Notes under the pieces: model-generated
Database searches by the model: none
What the model was told of the DNA's origin: nothing
What the model saw: the letters and a program-made list of their open reading frames with translations, nothing else
Shown here: in pieces, positions 34,425 through 46,099 of the stretch
How positions within the stretch are numbered: position 1 is the first letter of the stretch
Layout of the letters: every line of letters starts with the position of its first letter
Made by a program: the position numbers and the translations under genes
Assembly: GCA_963823655.1 (NCBI GenBank)
Contig: CAWGMK010000010.1
Span: 444,949-508,948, forward strand
DNA from: an uncultured Bacillota bacterium
GTDB taxonomy: Bacteria; Bacillota; DTU025; MWDF01
Direction: 5' to 3'
Length of the DNA: 64,000 nt

Positions 34425-35624
34425 ATGGTAAGGGGAAAAAGCCTGATGATAAGGTTCATCGTCGCAGCGGCGCTGCTTGCGCTGCTGTTGATGAGCTCTG
34501 CGTTTGCCGCCACGACGCCGACCGATACCGAAAAGGCGCTCGAGGACCTCATGAAGGAGATAAACCAGACCAAGACAACGGTCAACAAATATAAGACGGA
34601 AGAGAAGAACGCGCTAAAGGCGCTCCAAAACGTCGAAAACGACCTGGCTAACACCAAATACAGGATCACAAAGGCCGAAAACGATATGGTCTACCTGCAA
34701 AACAGGCTCGTGACCGTCGGAAAAGAGCTTGCGGCCGCAGATGCCGCCCTGGAAGTCACCAGGAAGAGCTACTCCAAGACTGTGGAAAACCTCGAGGCGA
34801 AGCTCGTCGCCATATACAAGGCGGGAAGCCCCAAGTACATGGAGATGCTTTTCTCCTCCCAAAGCTTCACGGAGTTCATGAGCAAGTCCGACTACCTGAA
34901 GGCCATGGTGGACTACGACAAGTCAACCCTGGATACGCTGAAGGAAAAACAGGAGGAGCTCGCTAACAAGACGGAGGCTGCCCAGAAGAAGAAGGCCGAG
35001 CTGGAGAGGACCAAATCAGTGATATCGGCCCTGAAAACGCAGCTTGAGGCCGATGTGGAATCCCTGACAGCAAAGTCCGCAAGCCGGGAGAAGTACCTCG
35101 CCCAGATACAGAAAGAGAAGGTCAAATGGGAAAAGGAGCTCGCCGAGGAGGAGAAGCAGTCCAGGGAGCTTGAGGCGCTGATCCGCGGCAAGCAGGATAG
35201 CCGTACGACATCGGTGCCGAGCAAGCTGCTGGGCAGGATGATATGGCCGGTAGACGGCGGCTGGGTAAGCTCCGAGTACGGCTGGAGGATAAGCCCGATT
35301 TTCGGCGACAGGCGCTTCCACGCTGGCATAGACGTCGCGATACCGACAGGCACACCGGTGAAGGCTGTCGCTGACGGAAAAGTGTTAGAATCCAGATGGA
35401 TCAACGGATATGGCTATACGGTGATATTAGACCATGGCGGAGGAATCAGCACGCTTTACGGACACAACTCCAAGCTGCTGCTGAAGCCCGGAAATACTGT
35501 AAAGCAGGGGACCACTATATCGAAGGCGGGCTCGACCGGCTGGTCCACCGGGCCTCACGTGCACTTCGAAGTGCGTGAAAACGGGGTTGCCAAGGAGCCC
35601 AGGAATTATCTGATTAGGAAGTGA
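34425..35624 (+). CDS. Coiled-coil plus M23 peptidase (EnvC-like murein hydrolase/activator)
   Basis: Signal peptide, coiled coil, HAGID and STGPHVHFEV motifs. Confidence 0.88.
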   Translation: MVRGKSLMIRFIVAAALLALLLMSSAFAATTPTDTEKALEDLMKEINQTKTTVNKYKTEEKNALKALQNVENDLANTKYRITKAENDMVYLQNRLVTVGKELAAADAALEVTRKSYSKTVENLEAKLVAIYKAGSPKYMEMLFSSQSFTEFMSKSDYLKAMVDYDKSTLDTLKEKQEELANKTEAAQKKKAELERTKSVISALKTQLEADVESLTAKSASREKYLAQIQKEKVKWEKELAEEEKQSRELEALIRGKQDSRTTSVPSKLLGRMIWPVDGGWVSSEYGWRISPIFGDRRFHAGIDVAIPTGTPVKAVADGKVLESRWINGYGYTVILDHGGGISTLYGHNSKLLLKPGNTVKQGTTISKAGSTGWSTGPHVHFEVRENGVAKEPRNYLIRK

Positions 35625-36925
35625 TATTCATGAATAACGGCGCAAGGGCGAATTCGGGAAGGCTGGGCTTGAGGATTCTTAGCCTGCTGGCAATCATACT
35701 GGTGCTGGCAAGCGCGGTCTTCGTAATAGCGGCGGCCCCCGGCGATCAGACTACGGCGGCAACGCCCAAGTACAAGGACGTCGTCGAGGCATTCGAGGCG
35801 CTGCTACTGGTAAGGCAGAGCTACTACAAGGAAGTCTCCACATCGGAGCTTATAAAGACGTACATTGCGGAGGGGAACGTACAGGCGATGCTGGACAAGC
35901 TCCCCGACCCGTACAATACATACCTTCCGGCTGACAGGTATGCCAAGTTCAAGGACGACACCGAGGGCACCTTCGAAGGCATTGGCATACTCTTCGGCCT
36001 TAGGGACGGCAAGATGACGATAATTAGCCCCATCGAGGGGACGCCTGCTTATAAGGCGGGGCTTCTTCCCGGTGACATCATCGTCATGGTCGACGGCGTC
36101 GCTGTAGAAGGGCTTACGACCGATGAGGTATCGGGCAAGATTAAGGGCAAGAAGGGCACTACGGTCGTCCTTTCGATCGACCGCGGCAGCGAGCCCAGGC
36201 GCCTGGAGTTTTCCATTGTCAGGGATACGATAGTCGACCAGCCCGTAAGGTATTACATGCTCGATGACAAGACCAAGATCGGCTACATAGAGCTTCGCAG
36301 CTTCACGTCCAGGAGGGCCTCGGAACAGATGGGCGAGGCCATAAGGACGCTGCAGTCCAAGGGCGCAAAGGGCATAATACTTGACATAAGGTATAATGGC
36401 GGCGGCCTTGTCAGCATGGCAGTCGACATCGGCGGCCTGTTCGTAGGCCGGGAAGTCATACTCTACACGCAAGGGCGCGACCAGGAGAGGGAGCCTGTTG
36501 TAAGCACGGTCTCCAAGCAGGTCACTGTGCCCGTCATCTGCCTGGTAAACGAATATTCGGCGAGCGCCGCTGAGATATTGGCCGGCGCCCTGCAGGATCT
36601 GAAAGCGGCGACGATACTCGGCTCTCCCACTTTCGGCAAGGGCCTGGTGCAGACCTATTTCCCGATAAGCAACGGAGCCGCCATCGGCATAACCACCCAG
36701 GTCTACCTCACACCGGCGGGCAAGGCCATCACGGCAGAGACGCCGATACAACCCGATATTCTGCTTAAAGTAACCGACGAGGAGCTGGCAGCGCTAAGGG
36801 AGCAGGCCGGGACCAAGAAGATCGAGGAGATGACGGCCGAGGAGCTGATGAGGGTCGATCCTACGACGGACCCTCAGCTGAAGGCCGCCATAGGGAAGCT
36901 GCTTGAAATAACGGGCCAGAATTAG
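35621..36925 (+). CDS. ctpA: S41 carboxyl-terminal processing protease
   Basis: PDZ (GIG..., PAYKAGL), LDIRYNGGG, SASAAEI, TFGKG. Confidence 0.88.
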   Translation: MIFMNNGARANSGRLGLRILSLLAIILVLASAVFVIAAAPGDQTTAATPKYKDVVEAFEALLLVRQSYYKEVSTSELIKTYIAEGNVQAMLDKLPDPYNTYLPADRYAKFKDDTEGTFEGIGILFGLRDGKMTIISPIEGTPAYKAGLLPGDIIVMVDGVAVEGLTTDEVSGKIKGKKGTTVVLSIDRGSEPRRLEFSIVRDTIVDQPVRYYMLDDKTKIGYIELRSFTSRRASEQMGEAIRTLQSKGAKGIILDIRYNGGGLVSMAVDIGGLFVGREVILYTQGRDQEREPVVSTVSKQVTVPVICLVNEYSASAAEILAGALQDLKAATILGSPTFGKGLVQTYFPISNGAAIGITTQVYLTPAGKAITAETPIQPDILLKVTDEELAALREQAGTKKIEEMTAEELMRVDPTTDPQLKAAIGKLLEITGQN

Positions 36926-36930
36926 GCGAC

Positions 36931-37971
36931 ATGTCTGAGAGGTCAACCAAAAGGATTATATATGTACTGATGGCCGCAGCGCTCATAATAGCGCTTGCGG
37001 CCATTGCCGGTTGCACTCGTAAGGAAACCAAGGCGCCGGCACAGACGGTCGTGCCAAATGACGGCGCCAATTCCCAGACCAAGAAGGCCCCTAACGTGAA
37101 GCCCGACGACAAAGTATCGGAAAGCCCCCGGAATCCCGCCCCAGCAGCCCCCCTTGAAGAGTCGGTTGCTGAGGAAGAAGCTGATGAGCAGGCGGCCACC
37201 GAGGCCGATGACTTCGGCGAGGACTACCTGGACATACCCCCTGCGGTGCAAGATGACATCCCTGTGGAGATAACGCCCGGGGAAGTAAACATTGTAGGCC
37301 GGCTGGCGATAGTCATCGACGACTTCGGATACAGGAGCGAGGCCACAAAGAGGATTTTGGATCTGGATGAGCCCATTACATGTGCGGTGCTTCCGGACGC
37401 GAGGACTAGCGCCGAGGATGGACTTGACGCCTTCAACGCCGGCAAGCTGGTGATACTGCACATGCCGATGGAGGCGATCGATGGGGAGAAGTCCCAGGGT
37501 GATGGCTTCATAAGATCCGGCATGCAGCCCGATGAAGTGAGCGCCCTGCTGGCCGAGGCACTTTCAAAGGTTCCCATGGCCAAGGGCGTGAGCAACCACA
37601 TGGGCTCGCGAGTATCCACCGACGCGGCAGTAATGAAGATAGTGCTTGAGGAATTAGCCTCAAGGGGGCTGTTCTATCTTGATTCAAGGACCACCGGGGA
37701 TACTCTAGGGCCGAAAATTGCGGGGGAAGTCGGCACGAAATCATATATGAACGGGCTTTTCATTGACTCGGTCGACGACATTTCCTACGTCAAAGGCAAG
37801 CTCTGGGAGGCGGCCGAGAACGCGAAGCTCAACGGCCAGGCCGTGGCGATTGGGCATGTAAAATCATCGACTGCGTCGGCCCTTGAGGAAGTGCTGCCAA
37901 AGCTGAGGGATTACGGCATAGAGCTGGTATTTTTGAATGAGCTGGAGCCTCTTACCGAAGCGAGGTTCTAG
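36931..37971 (+). CDS. Divergent polysaccharide deacetylase family lipoprotein
   Basis: Lipobox IAGC; IVIDDFG, LHMPME, NHMGS, DSRT, AIGH. Confidence 0.88.
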   Translation: MSERSTKRIIYVLMAAALIIALAAIAGCTRKETKAPAQTVVPNDGANSQTKKAPNVKPDDKVSESPRNPAPAAPLEESVAEEEADEQAATEADDFGEDYLDIPPAVQDDIPVEITPGEVNIVGRLAIVIDDFGYRSEATKRILDLDEPITCAVLPDARTSAEDGLDAFNAGKLVILHMPMEAIDGEKSQGDGFIRSGMQPDEVSALLAEALSKVPMAKGVSNHMGSRVSTDAAVMKIVLEELASRGLFYLDSRTTGDTLGPKIAGEVGTKSYMNGLFIDSVDDISYVKGKLWEAAENAKLNGQAVAIGHVKSSTASALEEVLPKLRDYGIELVFLNELEPLTEARF

Positions 37972-37989
37972 CGCAAGGAAAGCACCCTC

Positions 37990-38020
37990 AGCCGGCGCCA
38001 GCTTTTGTTTGGTGCCGGCT
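37990..38020. terminator. Hairpin, probable terminator
   Basis: agccggcgcca / tggtgccggct. Confidence 0.55.
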
Positions 38021-38029
38021 CAAATTTCC

Positions 38030-38074
38030 TTGAAAGCCATACAAATTGAGTATATGATTAGAACAGATGTTCTA
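38030..38074 (+). promoter_or_regulatory. SigA promoter with adjacent LexA (Cheo) box
   Basis: TTGAAA-N17-TATGAT (38030-38058), then TAGAACagatGTTCTA (38059-38074) matching GAAC-N4-GTTC, upstream of uvrB. Confidence 0.85.
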
Positions 38075-38088
38075 GCCTGAGGTGCGAT

Positions 38089-40083
38089 ATGGATTTCCGG
38101 CTCAAGTCCGAATACAGCATGCAAGGCGACCAGGAGAATGCGGTCGCCGAACTTTGCCATGGCCTCAATTCAGGCGACAGGGCACAGACGCTGCTCGGTG
38201 TGACCGGAAGCGGCAAGACGTTCACCATGGCGAACATCATAGAGAAGGTGAACCGCCCCGCGCTCATCGTCGCCCACAACAAGACGTTGGCGGCCCAGCT
38301 TTGCGGCGAGTTCAGGGAGTTCTTCCCGGACAACGCCGTGAGGTACTTCGTCAGCTATTACGACTACTACCAGCCTGAAGCATATGTGCCCTCCAAGGAC
38401 GTGTACATAGAAAAGGAATCGGACATAAACGAGGAGATCGACCGCATGCGCCATGAGGCGACGGCGTCCCTCGTGGAGCGCCGCGATGTAATCATCGTAG
38501 CCTCCGTTTCCTGCATATACGGCCTTGGAATGCCCGAAGAGTACATGAAGCAGACCATAGTCATTAAAAAGGGCATGGAACTGGACCGCGACTGGCTTTT
38601 AAGGAAGCTGTCGAGCATTCAGTACACCAGAAACGATCTGGTGCTCTCCCGCGGCTCCTTCAGGGCGCGCGGTGATGTCGTTGACGTCGTAGACGCGGGC
38701 GGCGAGAGGGCTATACGCATAGAGTTCTTCGGGGACACCGTCGATCGCATAATGGAGGTCGACATGCTCACCGGCGAGGTCATCGCCATGAAGGACCAGG
38801 CCGCCGTATACCCCAACTCCCACTACGTCACCAACGAGGAGAACCTGCGCCGCGCGATCGGGGACATAAACCAGGAGCTTGCGTTGCGCTTAGCCGAGCT
38901 TCACGCGGACGGCAAGATGCTCGAGGCCCAGAGGCTCCAGCAGAGGACCAGGTTCGACCTCGAGATGATGAGCGAGGTCGGCTATTGCAGCGGCATAGAG
39001 AATTACAGCAGGCATTTGAGCAACAGGGAGCCCGGGGAGGCCCCCGAGACGCTTCTCGACTACTTCCCCAGGGATTTCATAACCTTCATAGACGAATCGC
39101 ACGTCACGGTCCCCCAGCTGAAGGGCATGGAGCACGGCGACAAGGCCAGGAAGAAGAACCTTGTGGACTACGGCTTCAGGCTGCCCTCCGCCTACGACAA
39201 CAGGCCCTTGAAGTTCGAGGAGTTCCAGAAGCAGATAGGGCAGGTGGTCTTCGTATCCGCCACCCCTGCCGAGTTCGAAAGGTCGATATCGTCAAGGATA
39301 GTGGAGCAGATAATAAGGCCGACAGGCCTGATAGACCCCGAGGTGTCCGTAAGGCCCATCAGAGGCCAGGTGGACGACCTTCTGTCCGAAATCAGGAAGA
39401 CGGTCGCCGAAAGCGAAGGGTCCTTGTCACGACCCTCACCAAGAAGATGGCGGAGGATCTGACCGAATACCTCACCGAGCTGGACGTGAAAGTGCGCTAT
39501 ATGCACTTTGACGTCGAGACGCTGGACAGGATTGAGCTTCTCCGAGGGCTTAAGGCTTGGCGACTTCGACGTGCTGGTCGGCATCAACCTCTTGAGGGAG
39601 GGCCTCGACCTTCCCGAAGTCGGCCTCGTCGCGATACTCGACGCCGACAAGGAGGGCTTCCTGAGATCCACTACAAGCCTCATACAGACCATAGGCAGGG
39701 CTGCTCGTTCCTTGGGCGGCAGGGTGATCATGTATGCGGACAGGATGACCGACTCGATGACCAGGGCAATTGAGGAGACCAACCGCCGCCGCGCAATACA
39801 GCAGGCCCACAACGAGAAGTACGGGATAACGCCTAAGTCCATAGTCAAAGGCGTCAGGGACATGGTCGGCATGACGGAGCGCAAGGAGCAGGAGGCGGCC
39901 TCGTTCGAGGCATCCGAGGCAAGGCTTAAGGCATCCGAGGATCCCGAGGACATCGCCTCAGAAATCAAGAAGCTGTCCGAGGCCATGAGGAAGGCGGCCC
40001 AGCTGCTCGAGTTCGAGCAGGCCGCAGGCATCCGTGACAGGATCAAGTATCTCAGAAGGAGGCTCGAGGAGCTTGGGAGCTGA
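38089..40083 (+). CDS. uvrB: Excinuclease ABC subunit B; apparent frameshifts near 39410 and 39545
   Basis: [45 protein letters not shown]. Confidence 0.95.
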
Positions 40084-42920
40084 TTTCGATAGTAATCAGG
40101 GGCGCTCGCCAGCACAACCTGAAGAATATAGACGTGGTGATTCCGAGGGGGAAGATGGTCGTAATAACCGGCCTTTCCGGCTCGGGCAAATCATCGCTCG
40201 CCTTCGACACCATATACGCCGAGGGGCAGCGCAGGTACGTCGAGTCCCTGTCCGCCTACGCCAGGCAGTTCCTGGGCCAGATGGACAAGCCCGATGTCGA
40301 CAGCATCGACGGGCTCTCACCCGCCATATCCATCGACCAGAAGACCACCAGCCGCAACCCGCGCTCCACCGTGGGCACGGTCACGGAAGTATATGACTAC
40401 CTGAGGCTGCTGTATGCGAGAATCGGCATCCCGCACTGCCCGCAGTGCGGCAGGGTGATAACCCAGATGACCGTGCAGAACATGGTCGACCTGGCCATGA
40501 CGATTGCCGGAGGGCTCGAGGATCCAGGTATTGGCCCCCGTCATCCGCGGCAAGAAGGGCGAGCACAGGAAGGTGCTCGAGGACGCAAGGCGCGCCGGCT
40601 TCCAAAGAGTAAGGGTCAACGGCGAGATGCACGAGCTCACCGAGGAGATTAACCTCGAGAGGTACAAGATACACAGCATAGAAATCGTTGTAGACCGCCT
40701 TGTGATGAAGCCCGGCATAAACAGAAGGCTCACGGATTCGGTGGAGACCGCGCTCAAGCAGAGCGACGGGCTGCTGACGATTTCCGTAGAAGGTGCGCCC
40801 GACATGGTCTTCTCCGAGAAGATGGCATGCCCCGACTGCGGCATCTCATTCGGCAAGATCGCCCCGAGGATGTTCTCCTTCAACAGCCCGTTCGGCGCCT
40901 GCCCCGAGTGCACCGGCCTCGGCGTGCGGCACGAGTTCGACCCGGACCTGGTCTTCGACTGGGACAAGACGCTTGGGCAAAGGCGCCGTCCGCACATTCC
41001 AGAGGACGGGCACCATCGCGTCCTATTACCAGGAGAGGCTCCTGCTCGTGGCGGAGACCAAGGGCATCGATATAAACGTCCCGCTGAGGGACCTGCCCAA
41101 GGAACATCTCGACATGATAATGTACGGCACCGGCGAGGAGCTTTTCCGCTTCTCCTATGTCGACAGCTACGGCGAGAAGCACTTCTGGAGGACGAAGTTC
41201 GAAGGCGTAATGCCCAATTTGCAGCGCAGGTACAAGGAGACCACCTCCGATATGCTGAGGGAGGAGTACGAGAGGTACCAGAGCTTCAAGCCCTGCCTTG
41301 TGTGCAAAGGGGCGAGGCTCAAGCCCGAGATCCCTGGCGGTGACGATTGCGCGATCTCAACATCGTGGACCTGACCACCAAGAACATCGGCGGCATACTC
41401 GAGTTTCTTAAGGGGCTTAACCCTCACCGAAAGGGAGAAGACCATCGGAGGCAGGCTCATCAAGGAGATCAACGAGAGGCTGGGCTTCCTGGTCAACGTC
41501 GGCCTCGACTATATAACTCTCGACAGGCCCGCCGGCTCCCTTTCAGGCGGCGAGGCACAGAGGATACGTCTTGCCACGCAGATAGGCTCCGGCCTCACCG
41601 GCGTGCTCTACATACTGGACGAGCCCAGCATAGGCCTGCACCAGAGGGACAACAGGAAGCTCATTGAGACTCTCAAAAGGCTAAGGGACATCGGCAATAC
41701 CGTCATAGTCGTCGAGCATGACGAGGAGATGATCAGGGAGGCCGACGAGGTAATCGACATGGGGCCGGGAGCCGGCTCCCACGGCGGCTACGTAGTGGCC
41801 CAGGGCAGCGTGGAGGACATCTGCAACACCAAGGGGTCGATCACCGGCGACTTCCTCTCCGGAAGGCGCACGGTCAAGATCCCGTCCACCAGAAGGGGCA
41901 CCAACGGCAAATGGCTCACCATCAAGGGGGCTACGGAGCACAACCTCAAGAACGTCGACGCCGAGATACCCTTGGGAGGGTTCGTGTGCGTGACCGGGGC
42001 GTCAGGCTCCGGCAAGAGCACACTGATAAACGAGATCCTCTTCAGGAGCTTATCCCGCCGCTTCTACGGCTCGGCCGAGAGGCCCGGCGCCCATGAGAGG
42101 ATACTCGGCCTCGAGTACATAGACAAGGTCATAAACATCGACCAGTCGCCGATCGGCCGCACGCCCAGGTCCAACCCCGCGACATACACCGGGCTCTTCG
42201 ACGACATAAGGAGCCTGTTCTCCGAGGTGCCGGAGTCCAGGATCAGGGGCTACAAGGCCGGAAGGTTCAGCTTCAATATAAAAGGCGGAAGGTGCGAGGC
42301 CTGCAAGGGCGACGGCATCATAAAAATCGAGATGCACTTCCTGCCCGATGTGTACGTGCCCTGCGAGCAGTGTGCAGGGCCGGCGCTACAACAGGGAGAC
42401 GCTCGAGATACTCTACAAGGGCAAGAGCATCGCCGACGTGCTTGAGATGAGCATCGAGGAGGGCGCGGAGTTCTTCAGGAACATCCCCTCCATATCAAGA
42501 AGGCTGGATACTTTGGTGGACGTCGGCCTCGGCTACATGGCGCTCGGCCAGGCGGCGACAACGCTGTCCGGCGGCGAGGCGCAGAGGGTGAAGCTCGCAA
42601 CCGAGCTTTCCAGAAGGGCGACCGGGCGCACTCTGTACCTGCTTGACGAGCCGACGACCGGCCTGCATTTCGCGGACACGGACAAGCTGCTTCAGGTGCT
42701 GCAGAGGCTGGTGGACGCAGGAAACAGCGTGCTCGTCATCGAGCACAACCTTGACGTCATCAAGACCGCGGACTGGATAATCGACCTCGGGCCCGAGGGC
42801 GGGGAGAAGGGCGGCTACATAATAGCCAAGGGCACGCCCGAACAGGTGGCGGCCGTCGAAAGCTCCTACACCGGAAGGTATCTGAAGGAGATGGCCGGGA
42901 TAAAGCCGGCGTCAAGCTGA
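40073..42920 (+). CDS. uvrA: Excinuclease ABC subunit A; about six apparent frameshifts
   Basis: [66 protein letters not shown] spread over several frames. Confidence 0.93.
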
Positions 42921-42921
42921 T

Positions 42922-44806
42922 ATGGAAATACCCGTCGACCCTATGCTCAAAAAGCTGAAGGAGCTTCCCCCAAAGCCCGGCGTGTACCTGATGAAGGACA
43001 AGTCGGGCAAGGTCATCTATGTGGGCAAGGCGGTCAAGCTCAAGAACAGGGTCCGCTCCTACTTCCAAACCTCCAAGCACATGCACCCCAAGACCGAGGC
43101 GCTTGTGGGCAGGATATGCGACTTCGACTACATACTCACAACCACCGAAGTCGAGGCGCTGCTTCTTGAGAACAACCTCATAAAGAAGCACAAGCCCCAC
43201 TACAACATACTTTTAAAGGACGACAAGACATACCCTTACATCAAGGTGAGCATAAACGAGCCCTTCCCCAGGTTCTCCGTGACCAGGAAGAGGGAGGCCG
43301 ACGGCGCCCGCTATTACGGCCCGTTCGCTGCCACCGGCGCCATGCACGAAGTCATGAGGCTCATACAGCACATGTTCCCCCTAAGAGGCTGCGAGCTCGA
43401 TATAAAGCCCGGTATGAGCAAAAGGCCGTGCCTTAATTACCAGATGGGAAGGTGCATGGCCCCGTGCGCGGGCTTCGTCACTGTGGAGGAGTACAGGGCG
43501 GTCGTTGACCAGGCGCTGCTTCTTCTTGAAGGCAGGGTGGACAGGCTACTGCGAGAGATAACAGCGGAGATGAAGAAGGCTGCTGAGGACATGCTCTTCG
43601 AGAAGGCGGCGCTTCTTCGCGACAGGATCAAATCCGTGGAGCTCGTCGGCGCCATGCAGAAGATCGTAATGGAGCCCGGCGACGATACCGACGCGATCGC
43701 CTTAGCCAGGCAGCTTTCCGACGTGTGCGTCGCGGTGATAATGATAAGAGACGGCAGGGTCAACGGCAAGGCGCACTTCTTCCTGGAGGGGGCATCGGAC
43801 GCCTCTGACGCCGAGGCATTGTTGGCCTTCCTTAAGCAGTACTACATGGAATCCACGATGATCCCGCCGACCATCTGCCTTCCCGGGGTCCCTGAGGATT
43901 CGGCTGAGCTTGAGAAATGGCTGAGCGCCGCATCCGGCGGCAGGAAGGTGAAGTTTACATACCCTAAGCGCGGCACGAAGAAGGACATACTGAAGATGGC
44001 CGAGGAGAACGCGGGCGAGATGCTAAGGCTAAGGCTTGCCGAGGAGGAGCGCATGAGGGCGAGGACCCAGGGCGCGGTCCAGGCGCTTGCCGATGCTCTG
44101 GAGCTCCCGTCTCCCCCCTACAGGATAGAATGCTTCGACATATCCAACATACAGGGCACCGACACCGTCGCCTCCATGGTAGTCTTCGAGGACGGGCTTC
44201 CGGCCAAGAACGACTATCAGGAGGTTCAGGATAAGGACCGTGGAGGGCGCGGACGACTTCAAGAGCATGGGCGAGGCCGTTGGCAGGCGTTTTGCAAAAG
44301 CCAAGGAGGGGGATCCGAAATTCTCGAAGCTTCCGGGCCTCCTTCTAATCGACGGGGGCAAAGGGCAGCTGGGGGCGGCCATTGAGGCGATGAAGGCCCA
44401 TGGCTATGACCTTCCTGCGGCGGGCCTTGCCAAGCAGAACGAGGAGCTGTTCCTGCCGGGCAAGCAGGATCCCATTGTGCTTCCGAAGGACAGCTTCGCC
44501 CTTCACCTGGTGCAAAGGGTAAGGGATGAGGCGCACCGCTTCGCCATAGCCTATCACAGGAGCATCAGGGGCAAGAAGAGCATAAAATCGGAGCTTTCAT
44601 TACTGCCCGGCATCGGCAAGGCGAGGCTAATCTCGCTGATGAAGGAGTTCGGCTCGTTAAGCGGGCTTGCAGACGCGGATTTGGAGACAATCAGGAAGGC
44701 GAAGGGCATGGATATAAGATCGGCAAGGGCTGTGTGGGCGCACCTGCACGGGGGCCCGGCCGCTGAAGGGGAGGCTAACGGGCATGAAGGCGACATTCAA
44801 GCTTGA
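42922..44806 (+). CDS. uvrC: Excinuclease ABC subunit C; apparent frameshift near 44220
   Basis: GIY-YIG (PGVYLM..YVGKA), ECFDISN, IDGGKGQL, RDEAHRFA, HhH. Confidence 0.95.
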
Positions 44807-45380
44807 TTGCGGAAAGTTCGGGCGACTGGTCGTAGAAAGCTCCGAGAAGGGCCTGACACTGGTTACTCTTGAGGGCGACAGGGAGATAGCAGACGGCGGA
44901 GATACGATTACCCAATCGTCTACGCTGGCCAAATCGGGCATCTCCATCAGAAGGATCGGCGCAGGCGAGCTGTTGAAGCTTGTAGCTGCATCTACTGCTC
45001 CTGTTTTGGTTAAGGGCGAGACGCCTGAGGCTCTTAGCAAGAGGGCTGCCTACCTCATCGCTGCGTTCTTATCCGGAGACGATACTGCATGGGGGAGGAT
45101 TACGGCCCTTCCGGTCGACGAGGACGTTTTAGGAGGAGGATTCATCGCGAAAGTGCTCCTTCTTCTGAGGCATGTGCCCAGCGGCTGCTACATCACCTAT
45201 GGGGATATGGCACAGGCTGCGGGAAGCCCCAATGCTGCAAGGGCGGTCGGCTCGGCGATGGCCAGCAACCCGCTTCTCATCGTCCTGCCCTGCCACAGGG
45301 TTTACGGAGGAGGGGGCAAGTTCACCGGCTTCGGCGGGGGCCTCGGATTGAAGGCTGCCCTAGCTGCGCTGGAACAATAA
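44784..45380 (+). CDS. ogt: Methylated-DNA--protein-cysteine methyltransferase
   Basis: TYG, ARAVGSAMASNP, PCHRV. Confidence 0.85.
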   Translation: MKATFKLDCGKFGRLVVESSEKGLTLVTLEGDREIADGGDTITQSSTLAKSGISIRRIGAGELLKLVAASTAPVLVKGETPEALSKRAAYLIAAFLSGDDTAWGRITALPVDEDVLGGGFIAKVLLLLRHVPSGCYITYGDMAQAAGSPNAARAVGSAMASNPLLIVLPCHRVYGGGGKFTGFGGGLGLKAALAALEQ

Positions 45381-45444
45381 TATTAATAAATATATTAAAA
45401 ATATTAATATGACTATTGACATTGATGATATCGATATCTATAAT
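45377..45444 (+). promoter_or_regulatory. Consensus SigA promoter with upstream AT-rich palindromic operator candidate
   Basis: TTGACA (45416-45421)-N17-TATAAT (45439-45444); repeated ATATTAA units at 45377-45411; GATATCGATATC in the spacer. Confidence 0.8.
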
Positions 45445-45481
45445 CCGAAGTAATGACCAGAAGATTTCGGAGGTGGATATC

Positions 45482-45682
45482 ATGTTCATGTGGGATCTCA
45501 GGGATTTACAGATGATGCACCAAAGCGACGCATGTGAGGAAGCACAGTGCATGAGGAGCGCGGCTCGCAGGCAGGCCTGGCACACAAGGGACATGGAGCT
45601 TGCATCGGGCGCTGACAGGAAGCTCATGGTACTTGTCAGGACCTCCGTGGCCGACGAGGCAGTCTTCGAAGTGGTCCTTTAG
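45482..45682 (+). CDS. Small hypothetical protein (66 aa)
   Basis: GGAGG RBS then ATG at 45482; first ORF after the consensus promoter. Confidence 0.5.
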   Translation: MFMWDLRDLQMMHQSDACEEAQCMRSAARRQAWHTRDMELASGADRKLMVLVRTSVADEAVFEVVL

Positions 45683-45695
45683 GAAGGTGATCGGT

Positions 45696-46085
45696 ATGGC
45701 AGCAAGAGAGGCAATCGGCAAGTGTCCGATCTGCGGGGGCCAATTGGAGATAACCAGGCTTTCGTGCACATCATGTGGCACAAATATCGAGGGGCATTTC
45801 ACAGTATGCAAGTTCTGCCAGCTCCCTCCCGAACTCAAAGTTTTCGCCGAGGTGTTCCTCAAAAACAGGGGCAACATCAAGGAAGTTGAGAGGGAGCTTG
45901 GCATCTCTTACCCGGCGGTAAGAAGCAGGCTCGACCAGACGATAACTGCGCTCGGCTACAATGTCGAGCAGGAGCCCTCCTCCGACAAGGAGGGGACGTC
46001 CGCCAAGAAGAAGGAAGTCTTGGAATCGCTCAAGAAGGGCGAGATCTCTGCCGAAGAGGCCATTAAAAGGCTCAAGTTGAGATAG
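45696..46085 (+). CDS. DUF2089 family zinc-ribbon/HTH protein
   Basis: CPICG..LSCTSCGT.IEG.F, FLKNRGNIKEVERELGISYPAVRSRLD, C-terminal GEISAEEA. Confidence 0.88.
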   Translation: MAAREAIGKCPICGGQLEITRLSCTSCGTNIEGHFTVCKFCQLPPELKVFAEVFLKNRGNIKEVERELGISYPAVRSRLDQTITALGYNVEQEPSSDKEGTSAKKKEVLESLKKGEISAEEAIKRLKLR

Positions 46086-46099
46086 CGGAGGGAAAAGTC

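Noticed and set aside
40073-42920. Programmed frameshifting or stop-codon reassignment to explain split genes
   Set aside because: Breaks are frame changes at unrelated sites with no shared slippery motif; TGA, TAG and TAA all end intact genes normally
45416-45481. ORF-track starts at 45416, 45600, 49099 and 31819
   Set aside because: These upstream extensions overlap promoters or neighbouring genes; RBS positions support later starts
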